Notes under the pieces: generated by a model
Database searches by the model: none
What the model saw: only the letters and a program-made list of their open reading frames with translations
Told to the model about the DNA's origin: nothing
Origin: Candidatus Porifericomitaceae bacterium
Lineage (GTDB): Bacteria > Pseudomonadota > Gammaproteobacteria > Porifericomitales > Porifericomitaceae
Length of the DNA stretch: 64,000 nucleotides
Assembly (NCBI GenBank): GCA_965212005.1
Contig: OZ243038.1
Span: 1,857,440 to 1,921,439 of the forward strand
Direction of reading: 5' to 3'
Shown: positions 1 to 7,926 of the stretch, in pieces
Layout: every line of letters starts with the position of its first letter
Position numbering within the stretch: position 1 is the stretch's first letter
Position numbers and translations under genes: made by a program

Positions 1-142
1 CCAACTCTCCGCCCGCCGGCACTGCCTGGTGCTGCGCTCGCCGGTTGGGTCACGCGCCGGCGCTGCATTTGGCCTCCTGCCTGGCGCCTCTCATCCCGCC
101 GGCTCCCCGGTCCACCGCAGGGCCCTGCGGTGGCGGACATCA

Positions 143-736
143 TTAGAGTTCCCGCCGTCCGCGGAAAGCCTGGCTCAGCGTGTGGCTGTCCAGGTATTCC
201 AACTCTCCGCCCACCGGCACTCCCTGGGCGATGCGCGTAGTGCGGATTCCGGAATGGCTCAGCATACGTTGGATGTAGTGTGCCGTTGCCTCTCCTTCCA
301 CGGTCGGGTTGGTGGCCAGGATCACTTCCTGCACTTCATCGCTGCGGGCCCGTTCCGCCAGCTGTTCCAGCCCCAGGTCCGAGGGGCCGACGCCGTCCAG
401 CGGCGATAAGTGCCCCATGAGCACGAAGTACTGGCCCCGGTAGCCGGTTTCCTCAATGGCGGAGACATCAGCGGGGCTTTCTACCACGCACAGCAGCGTC
501 GCGTCCCGGCGGTCGTTGCGGCAGCATTCACAAATATCAGTCTCACTGAACGTGCGGCAGGATTTGCAGTGGCCGATATGCTTGATCGCTTTTTGCAGCG
601 TGCTCGCCAGGCGGTCGGCCCCGTCCCGGTCTCGCTCCAGCAGGTGGAGGGCGGCCCGCTGAGCTGATTTTTTGCCGATTCCCGGCAGACAGCGCAGGGC
701 GTCGATCAGTTGACTGAGTAGCGGGGAACCGTTCAT
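143..736 (-). CDS. recR: Recombination protein RecR
   Basis: 197-aa ORF. N-terminal HhH region ([24 protein letters not shown]). C4 zinc finger ([16 protein letters not shown]). Toprim and C-terminal [10 protein letters not shown] motifs typical of RecR. Confidence 0.95.
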   Translation of the reverse strand: MNGSPLLSQLIDALRCLPGIGKKSAQRAALHLLERDRDGADRLASTLQKAIKHIGHCKSCRTFSETDICECCRNDRRDATLLCVVESPADVSAIEETGYRGQYFVLMGHLSPLDGVGPSDLGLEQLAERARSDEVQEVILATNPTVEGEATAHYIQRMLSHSGIRTTRIAQGVPVGGELEYLDSHTLSQAFRGRREL

Positions 737-985
737 CCGGGCACCGCTACGCCGGCGGGTGGGGCGCGCCCTGGCGTGCCCGCGGCACTTCCTGCGCCGT
801 CAACGGGCCGCCGTTTCCACGCTGGCCCTGCTGCCTGCACGGTGGTGCCGGGAACGCCCTGGCGGGCCGGGTGGCAGACGGCGGGCAGGGGCGTGCCCGC
901 AAAGCGCCCCGCGGTAGCTTCCGTTGCAGTCACCCGTTGCGTACTAAATTCTGCGTGAGCACTGCGTTCCCGGTGCAGGGAAGGG

Positions 986-1300
986 CTATAAGGGCAGCTT
1001 CATTCCGGAAAACAGCGGGAAGTCGCCGGAGAGCTCGGAAAATTTGTCCTTTATGGCCACTTCCAGGCACCGGTGCGCATCGTTTACTGCGGCCGCGACC
1101 AGGTCTTCCAGCATCTCCCGGTCCGTGTCGGCGGTCAGCAGCCCGGGATCGATCACGACCTGCTGTACCTTGCGGTCTCCGTTTATGCTGATTTTGATCA
1201 TGCCGGCGCCTGATTCGCCGGTCACCGTGATCTGTGCCAGGTCTTTTTTTACGCGCTCGAACTGCTGCATCAGGTTCCAAGCCTCTTTCATCCGTTCCAT
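986..1300 (-). CDS. ybaB: Nucleoid-associated protein YbaB/EbfC
   Basis: 104-aa ORF with the NLMQQ...VTGESGAGMIKISINGDRKVQQVVIDPGLL...LEDLVAAAVNDA pattern of the YbaB family. Classic dnaX-ybaB-recR synteny. Confidence 0.9.
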   Translation of the reverse strand: MERMKEAWNLMQQFERVKKDLAQITVTGESGAGMIKISINGDRKVQQVVIDPGLLTADTDREMLEDLVAAAVNDAHRCLEVAIKDKFSELSGDFPLFSGMKLPL

Positions 1301-1315
1301 CTCTTGGTTTAGCCC

Positions 1316-3382
1316 TTACTTGGGCTGGATTGTATCCTGTTCTATGGTAGCGCCAAAGAGCTGCTGCATGCGCTGTACGTTGGAGTCCTGCCGGATTGCT
1401 TCTATGGCCTGTTGCCGGCGCCCTTGCTCATCTTTCTCGTTCTGTTGTGTCGGCGTCGGGGCCGGAGGCTGCTGTATGCTGAACTCGATTTGCAGCCGCT
1501 CCGCGTTCAGATGTCTGCTCAGTGTTTCCCGCAGGCTTTTTTTGCGTTCTTCGTTGAGCAGGGAGCGCCGCGCTGGATCCAGTGCCAGTACCAGCCGGTC
1601 CCCTTCGTACGAGCAGGGCGTGCAGTCCTGGACGATCTGTTTGACCAGTCCCTGCAGCGGCAGGGTGGGGACCATCTGTTGCCACCAGGAGGAGAGCTCC
1701 GTTTGTCCGCTCGATTCAACCGGCAGGGAGGGGGCCGGCTCCGTCTTTGCTGGTGCCGGGCCGGGCGAGGGAGTCCGATTTTCCGGCGCCGGCTCCAGGG
1801 AGGGGGCTGGATCCATCTTTGCTGGTGCCGGGCCGGGTGAGGGAGTCCGATTTTCCGGCGCAGGCTCCAGGGAGGGGGCCGGATCCGTCTTTGCTGGTGC
1901 CGGGGCGGGCGAGGGAGTCCGATTTTCCGGCGCCGGCTCCAGAGAGGGGGCTGGCTCCATCTTTGCTGGTGCTGGGCCGGGCGAGGGAGTCCGATTTTCC
2001 GGCGCAGGCTCCAGGGAGGGGGCCGGATCCGTCTTTGCTGGTGCCGGGGCGGGCGAGGGAGTCCGATTTTCCGGTGCAGGCTCCAGAGAGGGGGCTGGAT
2101 CCATCTTTGCTGGTGCCGGGGCGGGCGAGGGAGTCCGATTTTCTGGCGCAGGCTCCAGGGAGGGGGCCGGATCCGTCTTTGCTGGTGCCGGGGCGGGCGA
2201 GGGAGTCCGATTTTCCGGTGCCGGCTCCAGGGAGGGGGCCGGCTCCGTCTTTGCTGGTGCCGGGGCGTCCGGGCCGCCCCGGGTTTGCACAGGCTCCAGG
2301 TCAGCCGGTCGGAAAGCCAGCATGCGCACCAGGCACATCTGGAAACCGATCTCCGGATCAGGGGCGGCTTGCAGCTCTTGTCGCCCGGTCAGCGCAATCT
2401 GGTACAGCAGTTGGGTTTCCTCCGGGCCCAGTTGTGCGGCAAAATGCCGGACCCGCTCCCATTCCGCCTCGGTGGCCCCGCTGTCGGGAGCGATCTGGCA
2501 GATCGCGATCTGCTGCAGCAGGTTCAGCAACTCCGACAGCACCACGCCAAAGTCCGGTTGGAAATCGATGATTTGGCGCATTTCCCGCAGCAGTGCCGTG
2601 CCGTCCTTTGCAATGAGCGCCTCCAGCAGCGCGTTCAGGCGCTCGCGATCCACTGTGCCCAGCATGGCTTGTACCTGTTGCTCGCCCAGTTCTCCATTGC
2701 CGTCACTGATGGCCTGGTCCAGCAGGCTGAGCGCATCGCGCAGGCTGCCCGCCGCCGCCGCCGCCAGCAATTGCACCGCCTCGATGCTGTGAGGGATTTT
2801 CTCCGACTCCAGGATGTGGATCAGCCGCTCGCTGATCTGCTTGCGGCCCAGGCCGCGCAGGTTAAGCTGCAGGCAGCGCGACAGGATCGTCACCGGAATG
2901 CGCTTGGGCTCGGTGGTGGCTAACAGGAACTTGACGTGTTCGGGCGGTTCTTCGAGTATTTTCAGCAGTGCGTTGAAGCTGTGGTTGGAGAACATGTGTA
3001 TTTCATCGATTAGGTACACTTTGCAGCGGCCCATGGTCGGCGCGTAGGGCACGTTGTCCATCAACTCGCGGGTTTCATCCACCTTGGCCCGTGAAGCCGC
3101 GTCCACCTCGATCAGATCGACGAATCGGCCGGCGTCTATGGCGTTGCAGGCGGAGCATTTTCCGCATGGGTCGGCGCTCACGCCCTGCTCGCAATTCAGG
3201 CACTTTGCCAGGATCCGCGCCAGGGTAGTCTTGCCTACGCCCCGGGTTCCGGTGAACAGGCAGGCGTGGTGGAAGCGGTCGCTGTTCAACGCGTTGCGCA
3301 GCGCACGCAATACATGCTCCTGACCGATCATTTCATCGAAGTTTCTGGGTCGCCACTTGCGGGCTAGTACTTGGTAACTCAT
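1316..3382 (-). CDS. dnaX: DNA polymerase III subunit gamma/tau
   Basis: The N-terminus MSYQVLARKWRPRNFDEMIGQEHV, Walker A (GTRGVGKTT), zinc module (CGKCSACNAIDAG) and SRC motif match DnaX. The ATG at 3382 is chosen over the upstream ORF start. The linker holds a proline-rich tandem repeat. Confidence 0.95.
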   Translation of the reverse strand: MSYQVLARKWRPRNFDEMIGQEHVLRALRNALNSDRFHHACLFTGTRGVGKTTLARILAKCLNCEQGVSADPCGKCSACNAIDAGRFVDLIEVDAASRAKVDETRELMDNVPYAPTMGRCKVYLIDEIHMFSNHSFNALLKILEEPPEHVKFLLATTEPKRIPVTILSRCLQLNLRGLGRKQISERLIHILESEKIPHSIEAVQLLAAAAAGSLRDALSLLDQAISDGNGELGEQQVQAMLGTVDRERLNALLEALIAKDGTALLREMRQIIDFQPDFGVVLSELLNLLQQIAICQIAPDSGATEAEWERVRHFAAQLGPEETQLLYQIALTGRQELQAAPDPEIGFQMCLVRMLAFRPADLEPVQTRGGPDAPAPAKTEPAPSLEPAPENRTPSPAPAPAKTDPAPSLEPAPENRTPSPAPAPAKMDPAPSLEPAPENRTPSPAPAPAKTDPAPSLEPAPENRTPSPGPAPAKMEPAPSLEPAPENRTPSPAPAPAKTDPAPSLEPAPENRTPSPGPAPAKMDPAPSLEPAPENRTPSPGPAPAKTEPAPSLPVESSGQTELSSWWQQMVPTLPLQGLVKQIVQDCTPCSYEGDRLVLALDPARRSLLNEERKKSLRETLSRHLNAERLQIEFSIQQPPAPTPTQQNEKDEQGRRQQAIEAIRQDSNVQRMQQLFGATIEQDTIQPK
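1715..2262 (-). repeat. In-frame tandem repeat of a 72-bp unit (about 7.5-8 copies) inside dnaX. It encodes the 24-aa unit PAPAKT(D/E)PAPSLEPAPENRTPSPA.
   Basis: The motif tctttgctggtgcc recurs at 72-bp spacing at 1743, 1815, 1887, 1959, 2031, 2103, 2175 and 2247. The translated protein shows 8 near-identical 24-aa units between domain III and the C-terminal domains. Confidence 0.9.
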
Positions 3383-4068
3383 GGTATTTCCGCATCGGGC
3401 CGGTGGGATCATTGCCTGCCCGGAGTATTGTACGCCGCGGCCTTAATCCCCGGTTTTTGATATGGCTCCGCCGCCCATTCCATTGTTTTTGCCGCGCCCT
3501 TCCGGGGTGGGGCAGAACACGACTGAAACCCTGGGTAGAACCAGTTCAGCCTGCTCCCGCGCTATGGTATCATGGTCGGTTGGCGGCTGCGATTTGCATG
3601 CCGCATACTGTGCACGACGATACAGAGTTGGCTTGCGGGAGCGGGCCGGCAGTGTCCGACGTCCTCCCGCAGTCCCGTGAGAGCAGGAGAAGACGCGGTG
3701 GTGTTTTTAGAATGTGTACTTGGAAAAGGTGTATCTGTCAGAATTATAAGCGCTGTGGCGGTCCCGGGAGTGATCCTGCGGTGCAAAGGGCCGGTTTCTC
3801 CTGGGACCGGTAATGAATGGGAGAGTCCGGCAGACGGGTGTACGGGCTTGCACAGGTTCCGCGGTTCGGCGCCGTATACAGAGCGTTGTGGCGGGGAGCC
3901 GAACAGGCGTTATCTATTGGGTTATGTAGGGGTTATGTGGCTTTTTAAGATGGTTGAGACAGGCAGGCGCTCGCCGGGCGCTGCTGCGCGGAGCGCTCGG
4001 CCCGGAGGGGCCCGGGGGTCTGCGGGCGGGCGCCGGGCAGCTTATGCGGCAGGTACAGAGGGACGGGA

Positions 4069-5376
4069 ATGCAGGCTCCTCTAAGCAAGCCCAGCCAAAT
4101 GCTGATTGCAGCGGCAGCGGCCGGCAACCTGGTGGCGGTGCGGGCTGCCCTTTCCGCCGATGCCGACGTGCATGCCGATGACCTTTGGGGATCGGAAGCC
4201 GCGTTGCGTAAGGCGGCGTTTCGCGGCCATACCGCGATCGTATCCTGCCTGATCCAGGCGGGATCGGATGTAAACGTCGAGGATAAGGGAGGGCCGGGCG
4301 CTCCCTTGCGCCGCGCGGTGGAGGGAGGACACGTAGAGGTCGCGAAATTATTGGTCAATGCTGGCGCCGACGTAAATGCCGGTGAGGGAACGATTCTGCG
4401 CACTGCCGCCTGGAATGGACATACGGAGCTGGTTACTTTCCTGATAAAGGTGATGGGCCAGGTAGGCCTGGTCGGACAGGCCGCATTGAACGGAGCTGCC
4501 TGGCAGGGGCACTTGGGCGTGGTATGCATCCTGCTCGCTGCGGGGGTCACTCCCAAGGTGAAAAACACCAACAACATTAAATCTCCCCAGGTTCGCAAGC
4601 TGCTGCAGGAGGCAGTTAAGAAAGCACGGAAAGCCGCCGGTTCCGCCGCGGCTTCCGGGGCCAGGGCCTCCTCCGCGTCGCCCCGGAAAGCCAGGCCTGG
4701 CGGCAAAGCTGCAGTCTCCAGTACCGCCAAGCCTGGTCGGGCAGCGGCCGCCGCCGCCCGATCCAGTGTCCCCGTGGGCTCCGGTGCCCAGAACAATGCC
4801 GCCGTACAGGCATTGACGCGGGAGTCCTTGATCGATCGGTTGCTGAGTGCGGCCAAGGGCGGCTCTGCACAGGACGTGCGCCAGGCACTTGCCGCCGGTG
4901 CCGATATACAGGCGCGCGGCAATGCCGCCTTATTGATGAGTGCCTACCATGGCCACGCCAAGGTAGTGACCACCCTGTTGGGACGCGGGGCAAACGTGCA
5001 CGCCGAGGATCGGTGGGGGCCGGAGGCGGCCCTGCGCAATGCCGCCTATTTCAATCACGTGGAGACAGTGAAGGCGTTGCTTGCCGGCGGCGCCGATCCG
5101 AATGCCCGTGACGGCATGTTGCTGGAGGTCATCGAACTGGGCAACATTGTCATTTTCAAGCTGCTGCTGGAAGCGGGTGCCGACGTGCACGTACCGGACC
5201 TGCAGGGCAAGCCGGACGCCTGTCTTTGCTTTGCCGCCGAGGAAAGTCTCACTGCGCTAACGCGGCTGCTGCTTGTGCATGGAGCGGACCCCCATGCGGT
5301 GGATATCGTTCATGTTCCCAGCAACGAGATCAAAAAGATGCTGAGACAGGCCATACGCAAGCAGGAACAAGCCTGA
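4069..5376 (+). CDS. Ankyrin-repeat protein with a central Ala/Ser/Lys-rich low-complexity linker
   Basis: Repeated 33-aa ankyrin units (GHTAIVSCLIQAGSDVNVED, GGHVEVAKLLVNAGADVNA, GHAKVVTTLLGRGANVHAED and others) on both sides of a KKARKAAGSAAASGARASSASPRKARPGGKAA linker. GAGGGA Shine-Dalgarno before the ATG. Confidence 0.85.
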   Translation: MQAPLSKPSQMLIAAAAAGNLVAVRAALSADADVHADDLWGSEAALRKAAFRGHTAIVSCLIQAGSDVNVEDKGGPGAPLRRAVEGGHVEVAKLLVNAGADVNAGEGTILRTAAWNGHTELVTFLIKVMGQVGLVGQAALNGAAWQGHLGVVCILLAAGVTPKVKNTNNIKSPQVRKLLQEAVKKARKAAGSAAASGARASSASPRKARPGGKAAVSSTAKPGRAAAAAARSSVPVGSGAQNNAAVQALTRESLIDRLLSAAKGGSAQDVRQALAAGADIQARGNAALLMSAYHGHAKVVTTLLGRGANVHAEDRWGPEAALRNAAYFNHVETVKALLAGGADPNARDGMLLEVIELGNIVIFKLLLEAGADVHVPDLQGKPDACLCFAAEESLTALTRLLLVHGADPHAVDIVHVPSNEIKKMLRQAIRKQEQA

Positions 5377-5562
5377 TCCTTGCCGTGCGTCAGGCCGCCC
5401 GCCCGGTTACTGCCTAAGGCAAGGTTCCCCGGTCGGTCGTTCCGGCTGCCTGCTCAATCCGTGAAAAGGAGTACAATGACGTAAATTCCGAGCCCCCGGG
5501 GCAGGGAAGTTGTTCCTCTGCGCATACCGTAGACTTTCCCGCCAGGCGTCGCGTGTCCCATA

Positions 5563-6663
5563 ATGTCATCCTGCACCACTGCCGCCGATAAGGCCTACCA
5601 GCAGCGCAGCCTGTTGGGAGTTTCCCGCACCTTTGCCCTGACGATTCCGCAATTGCCGGATCCATTGGCCTGGGTAGTAGGCAATGCCTACCTGCTGTGC
5701 CGCATCGCCGATACGATCGAGGATGACAAGTTCCTGGAGCCTGCGCGTAAGCGGGAGATTTTCGAGCATTTCATGCGCGTGCTTGCGGCGCAAGGCGACG
5801 CCGACGCCTTCAGCCGGGAAATCTCTCCGTTGTTGGCCCGCGGGGCTTCGGCGGAAGAGTTGAACTTAATGACTCACGTTCCCGTGGTGTTGCGCGTCAC
5901 CGGCAGCATGAACGCGGTACAGCGTGCTTCGCTGCAGCGCTGCATCCGCATCATGGTGGACGGGATGGGGTTTTATCAGCAGCACGTCTCCTGCGCGGGC
6001 CTGCCGGACTTGTCTGCCATGGAAGACTACTGTTACTGCGTGGGCGGCGTCGTAGGTGAAATGCTGACGGAGATATTTTGCGATTATTCCGGGGAAATGA
6101 AACGTCACCAAGCAGAACTGCTGCGCCTGTCAGTCTCTTTTGGCAAGGGATTGCAGATGACCAACATTCTAAAAGACGCCTGGGAGGATCGGCGGCGCGG
6201 GATTTGCTGGTTGCCGCAGGAGATCTTTCAGGCTGCCGGTTGTGACCTGTCCGCGCTCCGCCCCGGACCGACCTGCGCCGGCTACCGCCAGGGAGTGCAG
6301 CGTCTGCTGGGAGTGGCCGGCGGCCACTTGCGCGATGCGCTGCGCTACACGTTGCTGATCCCGGCGCACGAGCGGGGGCTGCGCCGCTTTTGCGCCTGGG
6401 CCTTGGGCATGGCCGCGTTGACCTTGCGCCGCATCAGCCGCAATCCTGGTTTCCAGAGCGGCCAGGAAGTGAAGATCTCGCGCTACAGCGTGTATGCGAC
6501 CGCCGGGCTGAGCAGCCTGCTGATCGGCAATGATCGGGCGCTGCGTTTTCTGTTCGAGCAGGCAACGGCTGCGCTGCCGCCGCCGGTTGATCCTCCGGCT
6601 CTGCTCCCGGATGCCGCCGCCAGCCGCCGGCGCTTTGCCGCCGTCGGCACCGATCAAGCCTGA
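5563..6663 (+). CDS. Squalene/phytoene synthase family protein (trans-isoprenyl diphosphate synthase, head-to-head; HpnC/HpnD/CrtB-like)
   Basis: 366-aa ORF. It has the SRTFALTIPQLP and YLLCRIADTIEDD (first Asp-rich) motifs, and a second conserved region (YCYCVGGVVGEML...GKGLQMTNILKD). Confidence 0.8.
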   Translation: MSSCTTAADKAYQQRSLLGVSRTFALTIPQLPDPLAWVVGNAYLLCRIADTIEDDKFLEPARKREIFEHFMRVLAAQGDADAFSREISPLLARGASAEELNLMTHVPVVLRVTGSMNAVQRASLQRCIRIMVDGMGFYQQHVSCAGLPDLSAMEDYCYCVGGVVGEMLTEIFCDYSGEMKRHQAELLRLSVSFGKGLQMTNILKDAWEDRRRGICWLPQEIFQAAGCDLSALRPGPTCAGYRQGVQRLLGVAGGHLRDALRYTLLIPAHERGLRRFCAWALGMAALTLRRISRNPGFQSGQEVKISRYSVYATAGLSSLLIGNDRALRFLFEQATAALPPPVDPPALLPDAAASRRRFAAVGTDQA

Positions 6664-6842
6664 CCGTGCCGCTCGCACCCACGCGAGTGCCGTTACGCTC
6701 CATTGCGTGATCCGGCCTTGGCGACGGTCTGGCGCCTCAAAGAGTGCGCCGGTTGGCTCTGTGCGCCGTCCGTCCCGGATCGGTTGCGCCGGTCGCCCGG
6801 GTTGACTCACGCCCCGGGGAGCTCGCAGCGCAGGTGACGGCG

Positions 6843-7361
6843 ATGGAAGAAACGGTGAAACCGAAGCAACGGCGGACGCCGGTGCCGGCGCGCCTGCTGC
6901 GCGACCCAGGTCACCTGTTGGCTTTGGGCCTGGGCCTGGGAGCATCGCCGCTGCTGCCCGGCACCCTGGGCAGCCTGCTCGCCTTCCCCCTGTACCTGCT
7001 GCTGCAGCCGCTGGCCGTTTGGCAGAGCCTGCTGGTGGTGGCGGTCCTGGCCGCAGCGGGAATATACCTGTGTGGCCGGACGGCACGGGCTCTCGATCAC
7101 TCCGACCCGGGCGCGGTGGTATGGGACGAGGTAGTGGGTTGTTTGCTGGTCCTGGTCCTGGTCCCTTCCGGCTGGCATTGGCTGTTGCTGGGCTTCGTGC
7201 TGTTCCGTTGCTTTGACATGACCAAGCCCTGGCCGGTCAGCTGGGCGGATCGTCAGGTCCCGGGAGGAACGGGCATCATGCTGGATGACCTGTTGGCGAG
7301 TGTCTACGCGGTGGGCCTTACCTGGGGAGTGGCCTGGATGGGGGGGCATCTTTGGCATTAA
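6843..7361 (+). CDS. pgpA: Phosphatidylglycerophosphatase A
   Basis: From the ATG at 6843 the product is 172 aa (METVKPKQRR...), the same length as E. coli PgpA. It carries the LALGLGLGASPLLPGTLGSL, WDEVVG and FRCFDMTKPWPVSWAD motifs. The longer upstream ORF start is unlikely. Confidence 0.85.
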   Translation: MEETVKPKQRRTPVPARLLRDPGHLLALGLGLGASPLLPGTLGSLLAFPLYLLLQPLAVWQSLLVVAVLAAAGIYLCGRTARALDHSDPGAVVWDEVVGCLLVLVLVPSGWHWLLLGFVLFRCFDMTKPWPVSWADRQVPGGTGIMLDDLLASVYAVGLTWGVAWMGGHLWH

Positions 7362-7777
7362 GCGGCAGGAAGGAGAGGGAACCATAGCCCGCATTTCCCC
7401 GGTTGCCGAAAAACCGGGGATTACACCCGGAACCGGGTGGTGGGCGCATCCGGGGAGGAAGGACGCAGTCCTGTATCGAACCCATCCCTGCATGTGAGCG
7501 CCACCGCGACCCGTGTCGGCAACCATTCCCGGCAGTCCGCGCCCGATCAACGCAGGCGGTCGGCTGGAATACAGTCATCGAAGCTCGTGATAGCCACGGG
7601 CAAACGCCCCGCTCTCCGCTCCCTCGTCACCAGCGTCTCGTCACTCCATTCGTTGTGGGCGCAAGCATCAACCAGTGGGCGGATTGTGGGGGCGGGGTGC
7701 ATTGGAGTGGGGCAGCGGGGAATGGGCGGAGTGTACGCAGCAGGAGCAAAGGCCGCCGGTTCCGGGCAGGCCAATTC

Positions 7778-7807
7778 TTGACAAACCGAAAACGGCTACA
7801 CTATAAG
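7778..7807 (+). promoter_or_regulatory. Sigma70-like promoter (TTGACA-N17/18-TATAAG) reading towards mod
   Basis: Exact TTGACA at 7778-7783. After a 17/18-nt spacer comes cTATAAG at 7801-7807. Confidence 0.4.
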
Positions 7808-7828
7808 ATACCTATCAATACTAACCCA

Positions 7829-7867
7829 CCCCGGGACCATGCCGATTTCGGACCCCCGGGGTTTTTT
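7829..7867 (+). terminator. GC hairpin (CCCCGGG...CCCGGGG) followed by a T6 run. This is an intrinsic-terminator-like element between the promoter and the mod start codon.
   Basis: 7829-7835 ccccggg pairs with 7855-7861 cccgggg. The loop contains the nested hairpin ccgatttcgg. tttttt at 7862-7867. Confidence 0.45.
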
Positions 7868-7926
7868 GTCGTTTCGGCAGGGTTTTATTTTACTATTTCA
7901 TCCAAATGCGATGGCCCTCATAAACC

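Noticed and set aside
1530-1550. Programmed -1 frameshift site for dnaX gamma at the A-run (cgcaaaaaaagc)
   Set aside because: It is located at about codon 612 of 698, far C-terminal to the domain III/IV boundary where gamma is generated. It is not in an X_XXY_YYZ register.
1044-2792. 582-aa plus-strand ORF, and the 1747-2571 ORF, antisense to dnaX
   Set aside because: They are caused by the GC-rich 72-bp tandem repeat, which removes stop codons in other frames. dnaX on the minus strand is unambiguous.
3413-3720. SRP (4.5S/scr) RNA expected upstream of dnaX by common synteny, and a possible sRNA with a TATGGTATCAT -10 and a U-run at about 3700
   Set aside because: I searched both strands for the GGAAGGAAGCAGC domain-IV motif and found none. 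The candidate hairpin is imperfect and separated from the U-run, so it is too weak to call.
3945-7550. GC-rich shadow ORFs (3945-4922 minus, 6169-7086 minus, 6807-7550 minus, 7403-8062 plus and others)
   Set aside because: They overlap confidently assigned genes (ankyrin, squalene synthase-like, pgpA, mod) in other frames. They have Pro/Arg/Gly-rich translations typical of high-GC noise.
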